Shown here: piece by piece, positions 25,110 to 38,945 of the stretch
Layout of the letters: every line of letters begins with the position of its first letter
Numbering within the stretch: position 1 is the stretch's first letter
Source of the DNA: Camelus ferus
Taxonomy: Eukaryota
Length of the DNA: 64,000 nt
NCBI RefSeq assembly: GCF_009834535.1
Contig: NC_045696.1
Span: forward strand, 104,906,001-104,970,000
Direction of reading: 5' to 3'
Program-made: the position numbers and the translations under genes
The notes under the pieces: model-generated
Told to the model about the DNA's origin: nothing
Databases searched by the model: none
The model's input: only the letters and a program-made list of their open reading frames with translations

Positions 25110-25910
25110 GTCTGGCTTTTAGGCAGAGTGCAGTGGGCAGCCAGTGGAGAGTTTTGAGCAGCAATGTGATATGACCTTGTTTTTTTAAAAAAAATCCGTT
25201 GAGTGGATAATTGCCTGTGGATAATGGATTGTTGAGAGGGTGTGGAAATCAGAAGCAGGAGACCAGGGAACAGGTGAAGTAGGCAAAAGCAGCAGACAAT
25301 GGTGGCTTGTACTTGGTTGTGGCAACGGAGATGGAGAGAAGTGGGCAGACCTGGGACACATTTTGGAGGCAAAGGTGATGGCATTGTTGCTGGTTTGGAT
25401 GTAATGGGCAAATAAAAGGTTTTTTGGCTGGAGGAAGCATGTGGTGCAAATATGAAAAGGAAAAGTTTTGACATTGGGGATGGAGACTAGGTGAACAAGA
25501 GTTTTGCTGACCTTTGAGATACTCAACTGGGACCCAAGTGGAAAGATCAAGCAAAGAATTAGAGACAGAAGGCTGGAGTTAGAGGTGCAGCTTCTGGAAA
25601 CTTTCATGTTATGATTGTATTTAAGACATCCCATCATGAGAATGACAGGGTCCCCTAGAGGGAGGTGCAGGGAGGGCTGAGAAGAGCACCTTGGACACAG
25701 CCCAAGGAAAAGCCAACAGGAAATGGTCAGAGGTGTTGGAAAGGGGCAAGGCAATCGGGATGGAGTAGTGTGTGTGTAGTGGAGAGGAATGCAGAGTCTG
25801 GGGGCCCAGCAGGCAATGTTTCAGGGAGGAAGAGGTAGTCACTTATCATAAATGCTGCTGTGAGGTCCAGTGATAGAATAATGGAGAAGGGCCCACTGGA
25901 ATGGGTCGTA
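25110..25910 (-). mobile_element. L2 LINE fragment
   Basis: gttttgagcag...gaagcaggagaccag...ggagatggagagaagtgggcaga...attttggagg is a classic antisense L2 ORF2 relic. Confidence 0.8.
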
Positions 25911-28900
25911 GACAGAGAACAGTCTCAATGGTACACGACTAGAGCAACCAGGTTGGGATGGGGTGAAGGGGGAACGGGAGCAGAGAGGCTGGCTACAAGC
26001 ATCTCCTTCTGTCTCTTCGGGAGATGATGCTTTACTCTGTTGGAGCAGCGTCTCTCATGATACTCCTTGTTTGGGAGGGGCACTGACCACCTATAGCCTC
26101 CATAACCATGGGTTGCCCTGGAGAAGGGTTCCTGGAGTAAGAATCTGGGCTCTTGGGTAAAATCAGAGTATATTAGTTTCCCCAGTTGCCATGCAGTGGG
26201 GACCTGCAACCCCTCATCTCCACTGCTTCCTCAAACCCGTTTCCCCACCAGTTCCCTCTGGCTCCCCACTCAACTCTGATGACGAGTATTTTTGACCATG
26301 CCATTGTTGTAAGTAACCACGGCTTGGCTCACTGAAGAGGTCGATCAATTTACGGAGGGGCTCCAGTGAGCTTTACTTTCGGTTCTGAATGGCAACCAGA
26401 AAGAAAAAAAGAAATGTAACAAAGAAAGACCACTTAGGGAGGCTGAATCAAATTACAAATGATTAAGAAGTAATACTGCTTCACACATTCATTTTCAGGA
26501 GCATTACACTGCTGGGTTTTAATTTCATGCTATTATAAATAAGCAAAGGTAATAGCATGCTATTGATTGGGTAAACGCCCATTTAAAATGTGAAGCACTT
26601 TGCACCAAACAAAACAAAATATAAAGTGTCTGCTAAATAACCTGGGAGTTGTCTGCAAAGTAGATTAAAAATTATGTACTAAATTATTACAGAGTTTAAT
26701 ACTATAATGCAGTGAAAGAAAAGTGGCATTTTGATTCCCCAAGAAATTTAAATCACACAGGTATTTAAAGATTTAATAAAAATGGGCTCTACACATAAAA
26801 TTCTGTATTTTTGAAAACCCAAAGGGTAACAGTCTTAGTGATATGCAATAATTTCATCTGTTCCTGAAGTTCATAATATAACGGCACGTGGATTTTCATG
26901 GCTGTAGAGTTAAAACACGGGATTATTTCAAGGCCTTGGAATGAACATGTGAACCAAATTATGATAGCAAATTAAGAAAAAAGCTCATTTCTCTCTTAGG
27001 AGTGCTTCCAGCCATATTTCTCCAGATGAGACCCACCGCTTAAAACTTCTTTCCTAATTAAGATTTTAATGTGGTTAGATTATATTAATTCAGATAAAAG
27101 CCACCCCTCCCATCTTCTTTTTTCCAGTCCACACTTTCTGTAAACAGCTTTCCACATGAGTGGCTGCTTATGAAAGGTGAGTAACACATTCACAATCAAG
27201 TCTCACTGACCAAAACCTGCGGAGAGTACACGCCAAAACCAACCCCACGTCCTTCCAGTAATATTGGGGGAAATACCAGATTAGAGGCAGACTTTTCACA
27301 CAGGAAAGAGCACATCTCTGAGGTTTTTATCCGTTGCTTTTGTTTCTAAAGTGTCAGTGACTACTGAGTACCATTTGTTGTGAGATCCACTGAAATTTTC
27401 TTTAAACTAATGTCTGGAATCACCTAAAAGCAACATTAGTCGACTTATCTCCATAATAGCTGGTTATGTCTAGGTCCTATTAACTTTTACTGAGTCCTTA
27501 ACGATTTTTTTCTCTTGTACCCTGGTTGTACACACATTTCTTCTTCCCAGGATGCAGCAAAATCTGGTTTTCGACTTTAGCCATTATGTGAATACATCGC
27601 AGGAGGATTTTAGTAGTAATGCAATGGAAGTACAGATGGACGTGTACTCACAAACAGGGGAGGTTCTGGGTCTGCCACCCAGCGGTGGGGCAGGGCTCGC
27701 AAGTCTCTGCCCTGCTGCATGACTTTTTCTCACATCTACGAAAGCTTGTTAAGTTGCAGATGCTAAATAAAGAAGCCCCTCCAAGCATTGTTAAAAGACC
27801 TCCCAGCATTTCAAACTATGAACAATTCAGCAGAAATTAAACCCCCACAGAAGCATTTAAATACCAAGGATATTACATTCGCTTAGGACTCCAAGAAAAT
27901 TTTGTAACTGAAAAACACCTTTAAGATGTTTTAATATTATTATGATACACTATCATTCACAAGTATAAACATATTAAAAACTAATACCAAAAAACCTCTC
28001 TACAGGGTAACTGGAGCATGTGATAAGTTCATTTGGCCACTCGTAATCTAAAAGTAAATTAAAAAAATGATCATACCCTCCAAATACAAAAACTCAACTG
28101 GAAACAAACACAAAAAGAGACAAGAAACTAGCAGTCTATTTTCACTTGCTAACGAACATTGAATTTGGTTGGGAAAAGTGGCCCACCTTGCACTTGGTTT
28201 CTCCTAAATTATGATTGGCTAAATTAGCAAGCTCCTTGTCACTCAGGTCTGTTCTTTGTTCTGCCAACAGAGGGAAGGAGAAACACAAATCAAGGCAACT
28301 CTCCCACTAGCCGTGTTTGAATACTGAGGACAGATATTGACCAGCTAGAGAGGGAGGGGCCAGGGTGCAGCAGCCTTGGAAACGGAATTGCCTTCTCCAC
28401 CTGCGAGTCCTAGCCTGGAAACCTGTTTTACCTGCTTACCTTGCAGCATGAGCCCAAGGGAGACAGAGGCTCTTAGGGCCATTAAGTGGCCCAAAGTCAA
28501 CATGGGTAAGTGGGAAGAGCAAAGGTTCTCTCGGAAAAGGCAACCATCTTGCTTCACAAAGCAGCCACACATCTTCCTGCAGCTAACTAAAATTAATTTA
28601 GCAAATGCAGGGACACAGTATGGAAGCCTGGACTCTTTTTGTTCCTTTGATTTAGTCTGCCTAATCTCTCTTACCATTTAATTCTAATTAGATACAGCCA
28701 GAAAATTGAGTTGGTAGGAACAGTGAGTGACATTTAATTAACGTCTGGTACTCCATTTGTTGAAGAAGAAAGTCCAAGCAATGGAACCTTAATGTGGCCA
28801 TGAAGCGCAGGCAATGATGAAAGTTACATGAGGTGTCTATACTTTCAAAGGGTACTAATACACACATAAGCGTACGCTCTTTTCTGTGAGTCACTCTTGC

Positions 28901-29475
28901 CCCTGCAAAGAGGCTAACTCTATCTTTACTTTCCAGAATCGAACTAGGAATATAGCAGATGCTCAAAAATATTTGTTAAATATCACCACATTTTTCACAG
29001 AAAGGGCAGTCTGGGCATGGGGGCTGCATCACTCCTGTGGACGCAGCCAAATCTTCTCTAAAAGTCAATCGAGAGAATGACACTTTCCAAAAAGCTTGAG
29101 AGAAAAGAGGGGATGCCTACTGAGTGGCATCAATAAAATTCCAGTATGTACAGGTGGCCCAGAGTCAGAGATGACTTTGATCTGCCCAGTCAGACAGACA
29201 CATAAATGTTTCTCAACGGCAGGGCATTCTCTGCTCCATTCTCTGCCCCACCCTCCGAAATACCACACACAATAAATTCCAGACATCCAGGCAAGAGTTA
29301 CAAGAGGAAACTAAGAAGGCAGTATACTACCTCCACAATTGCTGTTGGAAGTCAGTGTGAGCCAATCCCTGAGGTCACATGACTCTCCCCGGTGTGACAA
29401 ATTGATGCAGGCACAAGTCTGGCATCTCTATGTCCTACAGTTCCTGGAAGTGCTCTGCCTGTAGTGGGTCCACAG

Positions 29476-30280
29476 TTTATTCACTGGGGTAATCCGTAGA
29501 TATCTACCAAGTGTCTACCGTGTGATAGCACTGTTCCAGGGCTACGGATGTACCAGGGGATCGAGATGGCAAATGTGCTTATGGAGATTTGAGTCAAAGG
29601 GGGAATATATGTAAACAGATATATTTATAACAGTGTAGAAACGTCCACTTCTATGAAGAACTATAAAGCAGGAAAAAGGGAGAGGCAGTGACATGGAGGA
29701 GAAGGGCTGCCATTTTATGTAAGACAGTCATGGAAGTCTGGTCTGATGAGCTTATGTTTAAGCAGAGACCTATCTGAAACAAAGGCATGTGGATAATCTG
29801 GGGGAAGAGTTAGCAGGGAACTGCAAGTGCAAAGGCCCTGAGGCAGGCACAAGCTTGATGTGGTCAAGGAACCTTAAGAAGGGCAGTGTGGCTGCAGCAG
29901 AGGAGCTGGGGACAGAATGATGGGAAATGAAGCTGGTCAGTTGGGCAGATCATGCAGAATCTCACTAATGATCCTGAGGACTTTAGGTTCTGCTCCAGGT
30001 GCCCCTAGAAGGCCTTTTAAGGAGTTTTAAGATTTCCCTTTTAAGATCCAAAGTGGGAGGAGAGAAATGTCAGAAGACTACTACAGTAGGCCAGGTGAGG
30101 GATGACAATGGCCCGGGCTAGGGTGGTAACTGGATGGGTAGAGAAACAGATGAATCATGGATGTATTTTTCAAAGTAGTTCTTGCAGATTCCCTGATGGA
30201 TGTGATGCGGAGTGAGAGAAAGAGACAGGAGTCAAAGACGACCTGAAGAAGTGGGTAAACAGAAATGCCACTTGATGACA
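29476..30280 (-). mobile_element. L2 LINE 3' fragment
   Basis: aagtgcaaaggccctgaggcagg...gagagaaagagacaggagtcaaaga antisense L2 signature. Confidence 0.8.
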
Positions 30281-31102
30281 CGATGATGGCAACAATGGTG
30301 ACTGACCATGGTGATGTAGTCGAACACAGAGTGAAGAGCTCGTTTTGATTCCCCGAAGTTAAAAATCAGCCCTCGCAGAACCAAGCAAGAGACCCAGGCG
30401 GAGCTTTCTGTAGGAACCTGGTCTTCAGATACTTGCCTGATGAGAAAGAACTGAACCAGTTATTTCAAGTTCCACGGGCAAGGAAATGGAAATGGAAAAT
30501 GACAACAGAATTGCCCATATTCCCTCTGCATGCCCCCAGAGATGAAGTGACAAATCTCAAGAGCTTTGTGGAGCTGGGCAGGGGGCAGTGGTCCTTGCCA
30601 ATTAGGTTCTCACTGAGGAAGCAGGGAGCACCAGCCATCACCATGGGTCATTTATCTAGATCAGAGGTCACTGCTGGACAGGCCTCAGAAGTCAGGGCAT
30701 TCACACCTGCTGCCTCCGAAGTGGGTGGACACATCCTGGGGCGTGGGCGAGGGGTCCACGAGTATTATATACCCGTTTTTGACATTTTCTTTTAAAAAAA
30801 AAGTGACTACTTTTTATCAAAGTCCTACACATGCATAGTTAAGAATCAACTTGTTCTATTGGGCTTGTTACAAAACAGCAGTTATCTTCAATCTTCCCGC
30901 TGCCCCATTTCCCACTAACCAGAAGCAACCGCTTTTAACAGGGTGTTAGCTGCTTCTCTCATTATTTACCTCCGTATCTCTAAATAAACACGTTTGTGCT
31001 GCTACCTCATTTTTCACCTCTAGGGATTGTCTACTGACTCTCCACTTTGGAAGAAGAAGATTTAGCTCTTTGTTCTCTCTCTACTCCCTACACCTAAACT
31101 TC

Positions 31103-31103
31103 C

Positions 31104-31135
<32 letters not shown>

Positions 31136-31154
31136 ACACGCGCGCGCATATATA
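31103..31154. repeat. (CA)n(CG)n(TA)n microsatellite
   Basis: Seen directly. Confidence 0.9.
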
Positions 31155-31164
31155 AAAATATATA

Positions 31165-31925
31165 CACTGTTGGGATGTAAATTCATGCAGCCACTATGGA
31201 GAACAGTATGGAAGTTCCTTAAAAAAAACTAAAAATAGATTTACTGTGTGATCCAGCAATCCCACTCCTTGGCATATATCCAGAGAAAAATAAAATTGGA
31301 AAAGACACATGCACCCCAATGTTCACAGCAGCACTATTTACAACAGCCAAGACATGGAAACAACTCAATGTCCATCAACAGATGACTGGATAAAGAAGAT
31401 GTGGTATGTGTGTATACACACACACACACACACACACACATACACACAACACACACAAACAATGGAATACTACCCAGCCATAAAAAAGAATGAAATAATG
31501 CCATTTCTTGGCTGGACCTAGAGATTATCATACTCAGTGACGTAAGACACAGAAAGACAAATACCCTATGATGCTGCTTATATGTGGAATGTAAAAAAAA
31601 AATACAAATTTTATTTACAAACCATAAATAGGCTCACAGACATAGAAAACAAACTGGTTACCAGGGGGAAGGGGAGGGGAGGGAGGGATAGATGAGGAGT
31701 TTGGGATTAAGAGAAACATATTGCTGTATATAAAAGAGACAAACAACAAGGACCTACTATGTAGCACAGGGAACTATATTCAATTTCCTGTAATGAGCTG
31801 TAATGGAAAAGAAACTGAAATTATATATATGTAGGTATGTACCTGTATATGTATAACTGAGCCACTTTGCTGGTACACCTGAAACTAACATTGAAAATCA
31901 ACTACACTTCAATAAAAAATAAGAT
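31165..31925 (+). mobile_element. Young L1 ORF2 end plus 3'UTR
   Basis: gcagccactatggagaacagtatgg through acttcaataaaaaat; internal (CA)n at about 31415-31460; imperfect TSD taaaaatat(a/g)ta. Confidence 0.9.
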
Positions 31926-33949
31926 TAAAAATATGTATATACATGTGCATACACATGTGTACACACACATGCACACACCACCCGCCACCTTCCCAACAGA
32001 GTTAGCTGTGTTATACTCTGGTTACAGCCCAATATTTCGGTTTACACAATTACGATCATATAAATGGCATTCCTAGCTCAATCCTACAGATGCCTCCAGT
32101 CACCCTTCCTTCTCTGTTCAACATTTCATATTTTCAAGATGTAATAACTATCTTGATTTTTGCCTTTCATGTTTCCTGTGAACTTTTTATATATTACCAA
32201 GCAGAATCTAAACCTGGTAACTTGAAGTTTGTAAGTTCGCTCTCTCTGACTCTGTACCTCCTGCACTCAACAGCAGGGAATTTTTAGTGAGAAGGAGATA
32301 GTATCCTCAGAGCCACATTTCAAAAACAAACCCCTAAGTATCCCCTGAGAAAAGAGCTTTACACACAGGAGTGTGGGAAAGGCTGGGCACAGCACCTGAC
32401 GGCAGCAGGTGTTGGGTTTCGTTGGACCCAAGTGTTTTGAACAATCGAATCGATGAGCTCAGAGGGTCCCTTGCTTTTCTCTGCTTGCCAGCTCCGCTGA
32501 GACAGAGTGTCCCTTTTGGTCCTCCCTCAACTTTGCACCAGCCCTTTCTCTGGTGTTTGAACTTGGCCCATCGCTCTCCAGAAACTAGTGCTACTTTTGG
32601 GGGGTCTTCCTCAGAACCAGCCCCCTCCCACTGTCCAAATGAGAAACATCAGGGTCCTTCCTGTCTCCACGTGTCACGGAAACAGGACAGCAAGGGAAAC
32701 ATTAGGAACGTGCTGAGCAGGGAGTATGGGAAAATAACCTCGGTTCCAAAGTTATCTTTTTCTCAGCAGGTGAAGAAGTAAAAAATAATGCGACTGACCT
32801 CTTCCCTGGCCGGTGCTCAGAAGCAACCGCAGGTCTGTTCTGTGCTGGGCGGCGGCTTTCCTGCCATACCCAGGCTGCCTGGTCAGGGGCATGGCTCCCA
32901 GGCTCCGGGCCAAACAGACCTGGTAAAAAGCCAGCACAAGGAAAGGAGGGTCCCTGAAATGCTGCAAAGTCAGAGAATGAGAAGGATGCCCGTGGAGACT
33001 CAGTAATCCTGATGCCAGGGTACCCAACCCAGCAGGCTCTCCAGAGACCCACAGGCGAGGAGGGAAAGGCACAGGCATAAAAATGCACTCCAGCTGATGC
33101 TGTTGACGGTTAACGCCATCACCTCGCTCAAGACCAGCTGTGGGACTCTGAGAGGAAGAAGAGAGGGGCAGGGGCAGACAGTGAGTCTCAGGAGGTCTTG
33201 TGGTGGCGGGGGCCACAGGGCCTCATTCATGGGGTTCTCCCCACTGGGAACTGCTTTTCTCAGTGGTCCCTTCCTCCTTTGGTCCCTCTCCCAACCCTGT
33301 CAAGCCTCCAGTGGGCTTGCCTGCGGGCTCTGCAGCACTGCCCAGCCCTCTGGTTAAAGAAATGCTGTGCGAGGAGACATCGGAAATGGAGAAAACAGCA
33401 GGAGTGACACCAACTCCCATTCTCACCTAAAAATCACATGTCAGTGCTGCCAGCCAGGCCCTGGAGGCTCGGAGGTTTTGTCCTCTCTCTCCCACTGATT
33501 CCTATTTGCAAGCGGCTGTTGGCCATTCCCAGGCCGGGCCCAGGAGGCAAGTGGCTGGCACAGGAAGAAGAGGCAGATGGAGGGGGCGGGCACCTCACTA
33601 CCTGAGGTCTCCAAAGGAGCAGACAGAAAAGATCTGCAACCTAGGAAGGATGGCTGCTGGGGACAGTTGTAGGTTTCTAACCTGCCAGCGCACATGCGGG
33701 TACATGTATACTCATGTCGATACACACGTAGCCCCCAGTCATCACCCCTCGGCATGTTTAGCCTTCTTACTCTACAGACGGGGAAGAAGAGGCTTAGCCA
33801 GGTGAGATGACTTGTTCAAGGTAGGCTGCCTGCTCGGCCAGGACCCAGGTCCCTCATTCTTTCTTCCGCCCCAGCCATCTGCCTGCTGGGTGAATCCGTC
33901 AGAGGCCTGCTGGTAGGTCCACCGGGGTGGGGGTGGGTGGGAAAGGCAG

Positions 33950-34170
33950 GGACTTTAGGCTCAGGCAGACTCCCTTTGAATCCTGGCTCTATCACTCTTG
34001 GCTGAGTGGCCTTGGACAAATTGTTTAAGCCCTAAGCCTCAGTCTCCTTCATCTATACACTGAGGGGAGTTATTACCTCCCCTTTGCACTGTTTCAAGGC
34101 TTCTGTGAGATTCCACGTGTGCAGCACCTGGCCCAGTGCCTGGAGCACAGCAGCTGTTCCCTGAAGTGGC
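33950..34170 (+). mobile_element. MIR SINE
   Basis: tttgaatcctggctctatcact...ccttggacaaattgtttaa...gcctcagtctccttcatctata. Confidence 0.75.
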
Positions 34171-36779
34171 AGCTGTTAGTAATTCTCACCTTAATATTCA
34201 GATTTGTGGCAAATTTAGATGGCTTGGTGCATCATCGCTGAGCCTGAATCTCTGGGCGGTCCCAGGGAAAGGAGTCAGGGTGCACCAGGGAGGAAGCAAA
34301 GGGCACTGTCAACCTAGGGAGGCTCTTGACCCCAGGGTACAGTCTTGGATGGAATCTGAAATATCAGTATCTCACACACAGGGGCCATTTGGTTGGTTGT
34401 ATTCCTCAGAGTTTTGATTTGAACTCACTCATGGAAAAGTCAGCTTAATGCTACCCCAAGCCTTAGTCTCTGCATCCGAGTACCTGCCTCCTAACTGAGT
34501 TATGAGAATTATGTGGAGTGAGGTGTCAAAAGCTCTCAGCAAGTGCCTGACATGCTGTGAGGGCTCGATGAGGACTTCTCATCACAGTGGCTCTTGTGCT
34601 GTGATTCAGCCGGCTCCCCAGAGACCAGGGAGGAGGGTCTGCACATGTGGTGGAGACCCTCTGATTCACTGAGGATGCACTCCTGCAGAAAGATGATGGG
34701 GACTGGTCTACTCATCCATCCACTCACTGGACAAGCACTCAGAGAGCCCTACTCTGTGTCAGTCTGGCCTGGATGCTGGACCCATGCATGAATAATCCGT
34801 GGTCTTCATGACATGCTTTGAGAACCCTGAAGCTTCTCACTCCTATCACCGTGTAAGGACTAGATGTCACAGGTCCATTCTTATAACCAAGATCTCCTTA
34901 TTTTGTAATGTCTCCATCCGTCCCCTAGTCCTGATTAAGTTGAATGACCTCACCCCCTGGTATTACTTCATACTTGCAATTAATACTGGGAAATAGCAGT
35001 ATCACTCTTTGGTTCATTAACACTTAATGAGCACCCACTCTGTACTCTCCAGGGCCAGTAGGCCTTTGATAGCTGCGGTTTCTGCCCTGAGGGATTACAC
35101 AGTCAAGCACAGTCCCTCCCCTCTCCCCATCCCAGCACCTGGTTCCCTTGGGTCCCCTCCTTTGCCGGGGTGCTACCCAGCAGATTTCCTCAGCCCCACC
35201 TCCTGCTCCTGCACCTCCTGCTTTGGGGGCTGTGCCTTCCCCCTCCCTCCATTAAAGCTCCAGAAAGCTCCAGCTCTCGCAGCTCGACCCAGGCCAAGGA
35301 GGGTACCACTCCCAGTCTGTCTCTAACGGGCTGAGATGCATTTCAGGAGCCCACTTCCTTCCTTACCCAGAATCTCGGCTTCTTCCTCTGCAGTGACTCT
35401 GTGTCCTGGGGATTAAATGAGATAAAACAGGAGCTGTGCCCTGTGCTCAGGGCCAGGCAGCACTCACCTTCTCCTTAGAGCCCTGGCACCCTTGGGCTGC
35501 TGAACCCCTGTGCCCAGCACACCCTCTGAGCTCCCCCTCCTCAGCTCGCCTCTCTAACACAAATATCCCAGACCTCTGGCCCTGGCCTGAGCACAGCCGC
35601 AGGCAACCTGCCTCGGGCCTGATCTCCTAGAATAAATTATACCACAAGAAGTTAGGCTCATTAGCAGGGAACCAGCCACTGATTTTACATATAACTTGGA
35701 AAGAGGAGAATATTATTGCACTTTGTTTTCCTATAGCTTTATCCCCATAAGAGCTCATTTCTACTTCTTAACAGGGTTTACTTGGACTGATGAATTGGTT
35801 AAAAACCTTCTTGTCCAATTTCAATTTATCCAGTGCAATACATGCTGTAAAACATTTAGTAAGAGTGTAAATCTGGCCAGTGCAGCTCCCTGAAGGACGC
35901 TGCTGCTCCTCCACCTGACATCCCCTCTCCGCGTCGTAGGGCCCTGTGGAGATCATACAGTGACCCAGGGGCAGGGCAGCAGGGTCCAAATAGCCCAGTA
36001 TGTCACTTTGCCTGGAGCAGGACAGCTGACACCGTCTCCAGGACCATATCTAGACATGGGCAGGAGTGCAGAGAAGAATCCTGTGGCTGAAGGTAACAGC
36101 TACCAAGGTGGCTGTGGCTGGAAATCAACGCTTAGGAGGTCCCGACACCTGCCTGCTTCTCAGCCACATGCCTTCCTCGAAGCCAGTCACAGGGAGGTGG
36201 CTCCTGGGGAATAAAGGACACCTGGCAGAGGTGTGGGGATGGCTCTGGGCAGACTATGCCCTGTCAGAGCCCACCTCAGGGCTGCAGCCTCTGGATCAAG
36301 AGACCCTGCCTTCAAGGCCCCACCCTGGGCATCCATCAGGGAAGCCAAGCCCTCAGTGCCCAGCTCACAGTGAGCACCGAATAAACATGGGTTCCCTTTC
36401 CCACCAGCCTGATCAAGAACCCAATTATGCAGCATCTCACTCCTATGTAAAACTCTGCAGGAATCTTTTCTTTTTCAAGGTAGAATAAAGCGGCAGTTGA
36501 TTTCTAATAAAGATAGATGTGCAGACAAAATTCCTAGCAAAAAACACCAGAGGGCCAGTTCTGCTTTTTTCATTCATCCAGTCATTCATTCAATAAACAC
36601 TAATGAGCGCTAACTCTGGGCCAAGGCAGGAGAAAGCAGTGGTTCTGTAATCCTCAGGCCCTTTGTCCTGGTCAGAGGCAGTGTGTGTGTGTGGGGGGGG
36701 CACCTCCGGCATCACCCCGGCACCCCTAGCCTGCATCCTCTGCATGTGGGAACTGTCATGGTGTAACAGATGTTACTGA

Positions 36780-36990
36780 CCACAACTTACCAAGAGTTAG
36801 CAATGGCGGTGCCTTCTGCTAAGGGCTTTCTCATGGAATCCTCACAAGCCTCGAATAAGTGGGATTACCCTCACTGTACCAAGGAAAAAGTGAGGCTCTG
36901 AGAAGGAGCTGGGTGGTGCTGTCAGCAAGAGGTGGGGCTGACTGTGCAGCCCACTGTCAGGATCCATAGCCCATGCTCTTTCCTCTCCGC
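36780..36990 (-). mobile_element. MIR SINE
   Basis: aatcctcacaa...gaaaaagtgaggctctgagaagg. Confidence 0.55.
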
Positions 36991-38784
36991 TAGACTTAGC
37001 ACCTACAGAGAACGCAAATCCTCAGAGATGCTCATAGTAACATCCTTACTTCCTTCTTCATGCAGCCCCTGCCTGCTGTAGCCTGGGGGAAAGGCAGAGG
37101 GCTGAAATGCTTTTAGGGGGACCAAAAGAAGAATAGAGGAGGACCTTCCAACTTGTGCAACCTACACCCCTCAAGACCCCATCCAGCTCTTTCCTCCAGG
37201 AAGCCTCTGCAGATGCAGAGTCTCTCTGACCCTCCTCTGCACCTACGGTGAGGGATTCAGAGACTATCAGAAGCTGCACTGGCTGATGGTGACACTGGAG
37301 CCCAGGGAGCCTCAACGGCGGATGTTATACACAGGCACGAAGCAGAGCTGATGGAGGCAAGTCCTGCCAAGCACTCCAAATGCGGGGCGGGCCTGGTCTG
37401 CACTCCGCAGCCACGTGTGGGCTCAGTACCCAGTGTACCTGCAGTGCCGCATCCCTGGCTAAGTCCGGCTCACCTGGACGGCGACCCCTTACTCGGTTCA
37501 ACAACTCCTTCGTGGCGTAAACCCCCTCCTTCGAGCCTGGCTGAGGCCACACCTCCTCCAGGAAGTCTGTGCTCTCTCCTGCACTTCTCCCCGACAGCTG
37601 GTGATCTCTCCACGGACAGCGACTGCATCTCTCCAGGCCTCAGCCCAGGGCCTGGCGCAGGGGAGCACTCAATAAATGACTGTTGAATAAATTTTGTTGA
37701 ATACATCAGAAATGATACAATAGCCTCTGGCTGAAACAGATATTTCATTATCTGGTGAGGAATTGAAAGATGCCAACTCATCTTTAAAATAATTGACTGC
37801 TCTTTTATGAGGCCTCTCCTTTCATTCCTCTCCAGCCCTGCAGAGCGCTGAGGCTCCTCAGCACCCTTCCTCATTAGAGGTGCATTTATTCCATAAGCAT
37901 TCCATTTAATGGTACTGAGATTCCAAGTCTTCAGTGGTCATTCCTTTCCTTTGGCTTCAGAAAGGACACTAATAGCTATTCAGTCTTCAGAAGAGCAAAT
38001 GAATTCCAAGAAGAAAGCCTGATCATTCTAAACCATAATTTTCCCCTAGATTGATGTCCTCAAGGCAAAAATTCGCCATTAAAGGCAGCGTTGACTACCC
38101 AGGGTTTTACAAAGACCATCAGCCTCCTATAACTTTGTGCAACGCAGCTGACATGGGGCAAGGGGCAGGCACACAATGGATCTTGTCGGCATTCTTTTAG
38201 CTTTTCCAGAAGCCAAGTCCTATCATTACATTTAAGAGCTCCTTCTCAAATGTGGGTCCTCTCCCAGCCACTGGCCCAACACGACCTGGTAAAGAGAGAG
38301 GCCGCCATGCCCCGTGGAAACAGCATCAGCGCTTAGTCAGTATCTCCCGAGTGGGACTGCAGGAGGCGGCCTCGGGTCGGAATCCTGCAGGGGCAGGGGC
38401 AGGGGCAGGCCCGCACGGCCAACTGCAGCTGTGTTCACGGTGAGCCTCGCAAGGCGGTTCCTAGGCCACCTTTGGAATATTAGCACCCAAATGGTCCCCA
38501 AAGGCTATTGACACCTCACACTGCTCTCACAAAGCACATACTTGTCTTAGGTTTTATACTTTAGAACAGGGCTTCAAGCCCCGCCCTGTTCAGGGCGTGG
38601 TGTGAGGTGCTGTGGAGGCTTCGGCATCGGATCATAACTGTAATGACCCCGTTTATGGTCAGCATATGGAGACACCCCCCGCACCAGATGCTTTACACAC
38701 CCTGTCGGATACGGTGCCAGGGACTCTGGGCGGGAGGTGTTTTATCTGAGAGTAAGTTCTAGCCTATCTGCTCAGGCAGGTTAA

Positions 38785-38945
38785 ATACATGACTCTCCAA
38801 CTATGCTGCTCATCAGAATCGCCCGTGGACCTTTTAGGATTCTAATGCCCAGCCACACCCAAGCCTAAATCACGGGACAATCTGTAAGAGCGGGATGTAG
38901 ACCTCATTTTTTGAAGCCCTGCAGGGAACTCCAGCAATGGCCTCA
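38785..38945. mobile_element. MER5-like hAT-Charlie MITE
   Basis: gctgctcatcagaatcgcccgtgga...taatgcccagccacaccca. Confidence 0.55.

Larger units (their letters stand above)
30790..32230 (-). mobile_element. HAL1/old L1 3' relic, interrupted by a microsatellite and a young L1
   Basis: ccagaagcaaccgcttttaac...tatttacctccgtatctctaaataa resembles antisense HAL1; resumes after about 31975. Confidence 0.55.

Noticed and set aside
25185..25754. 189-aa minus-strand ORF
   Set aside because: Lies wholly within a decayed L2; no recognisable domain.
38280..38460. Locally CpG-richer patch (also about 20700-21000 and 37320-37660)
   Set aside because: Too short and too CpG-poor to call a CpG island or promoter.
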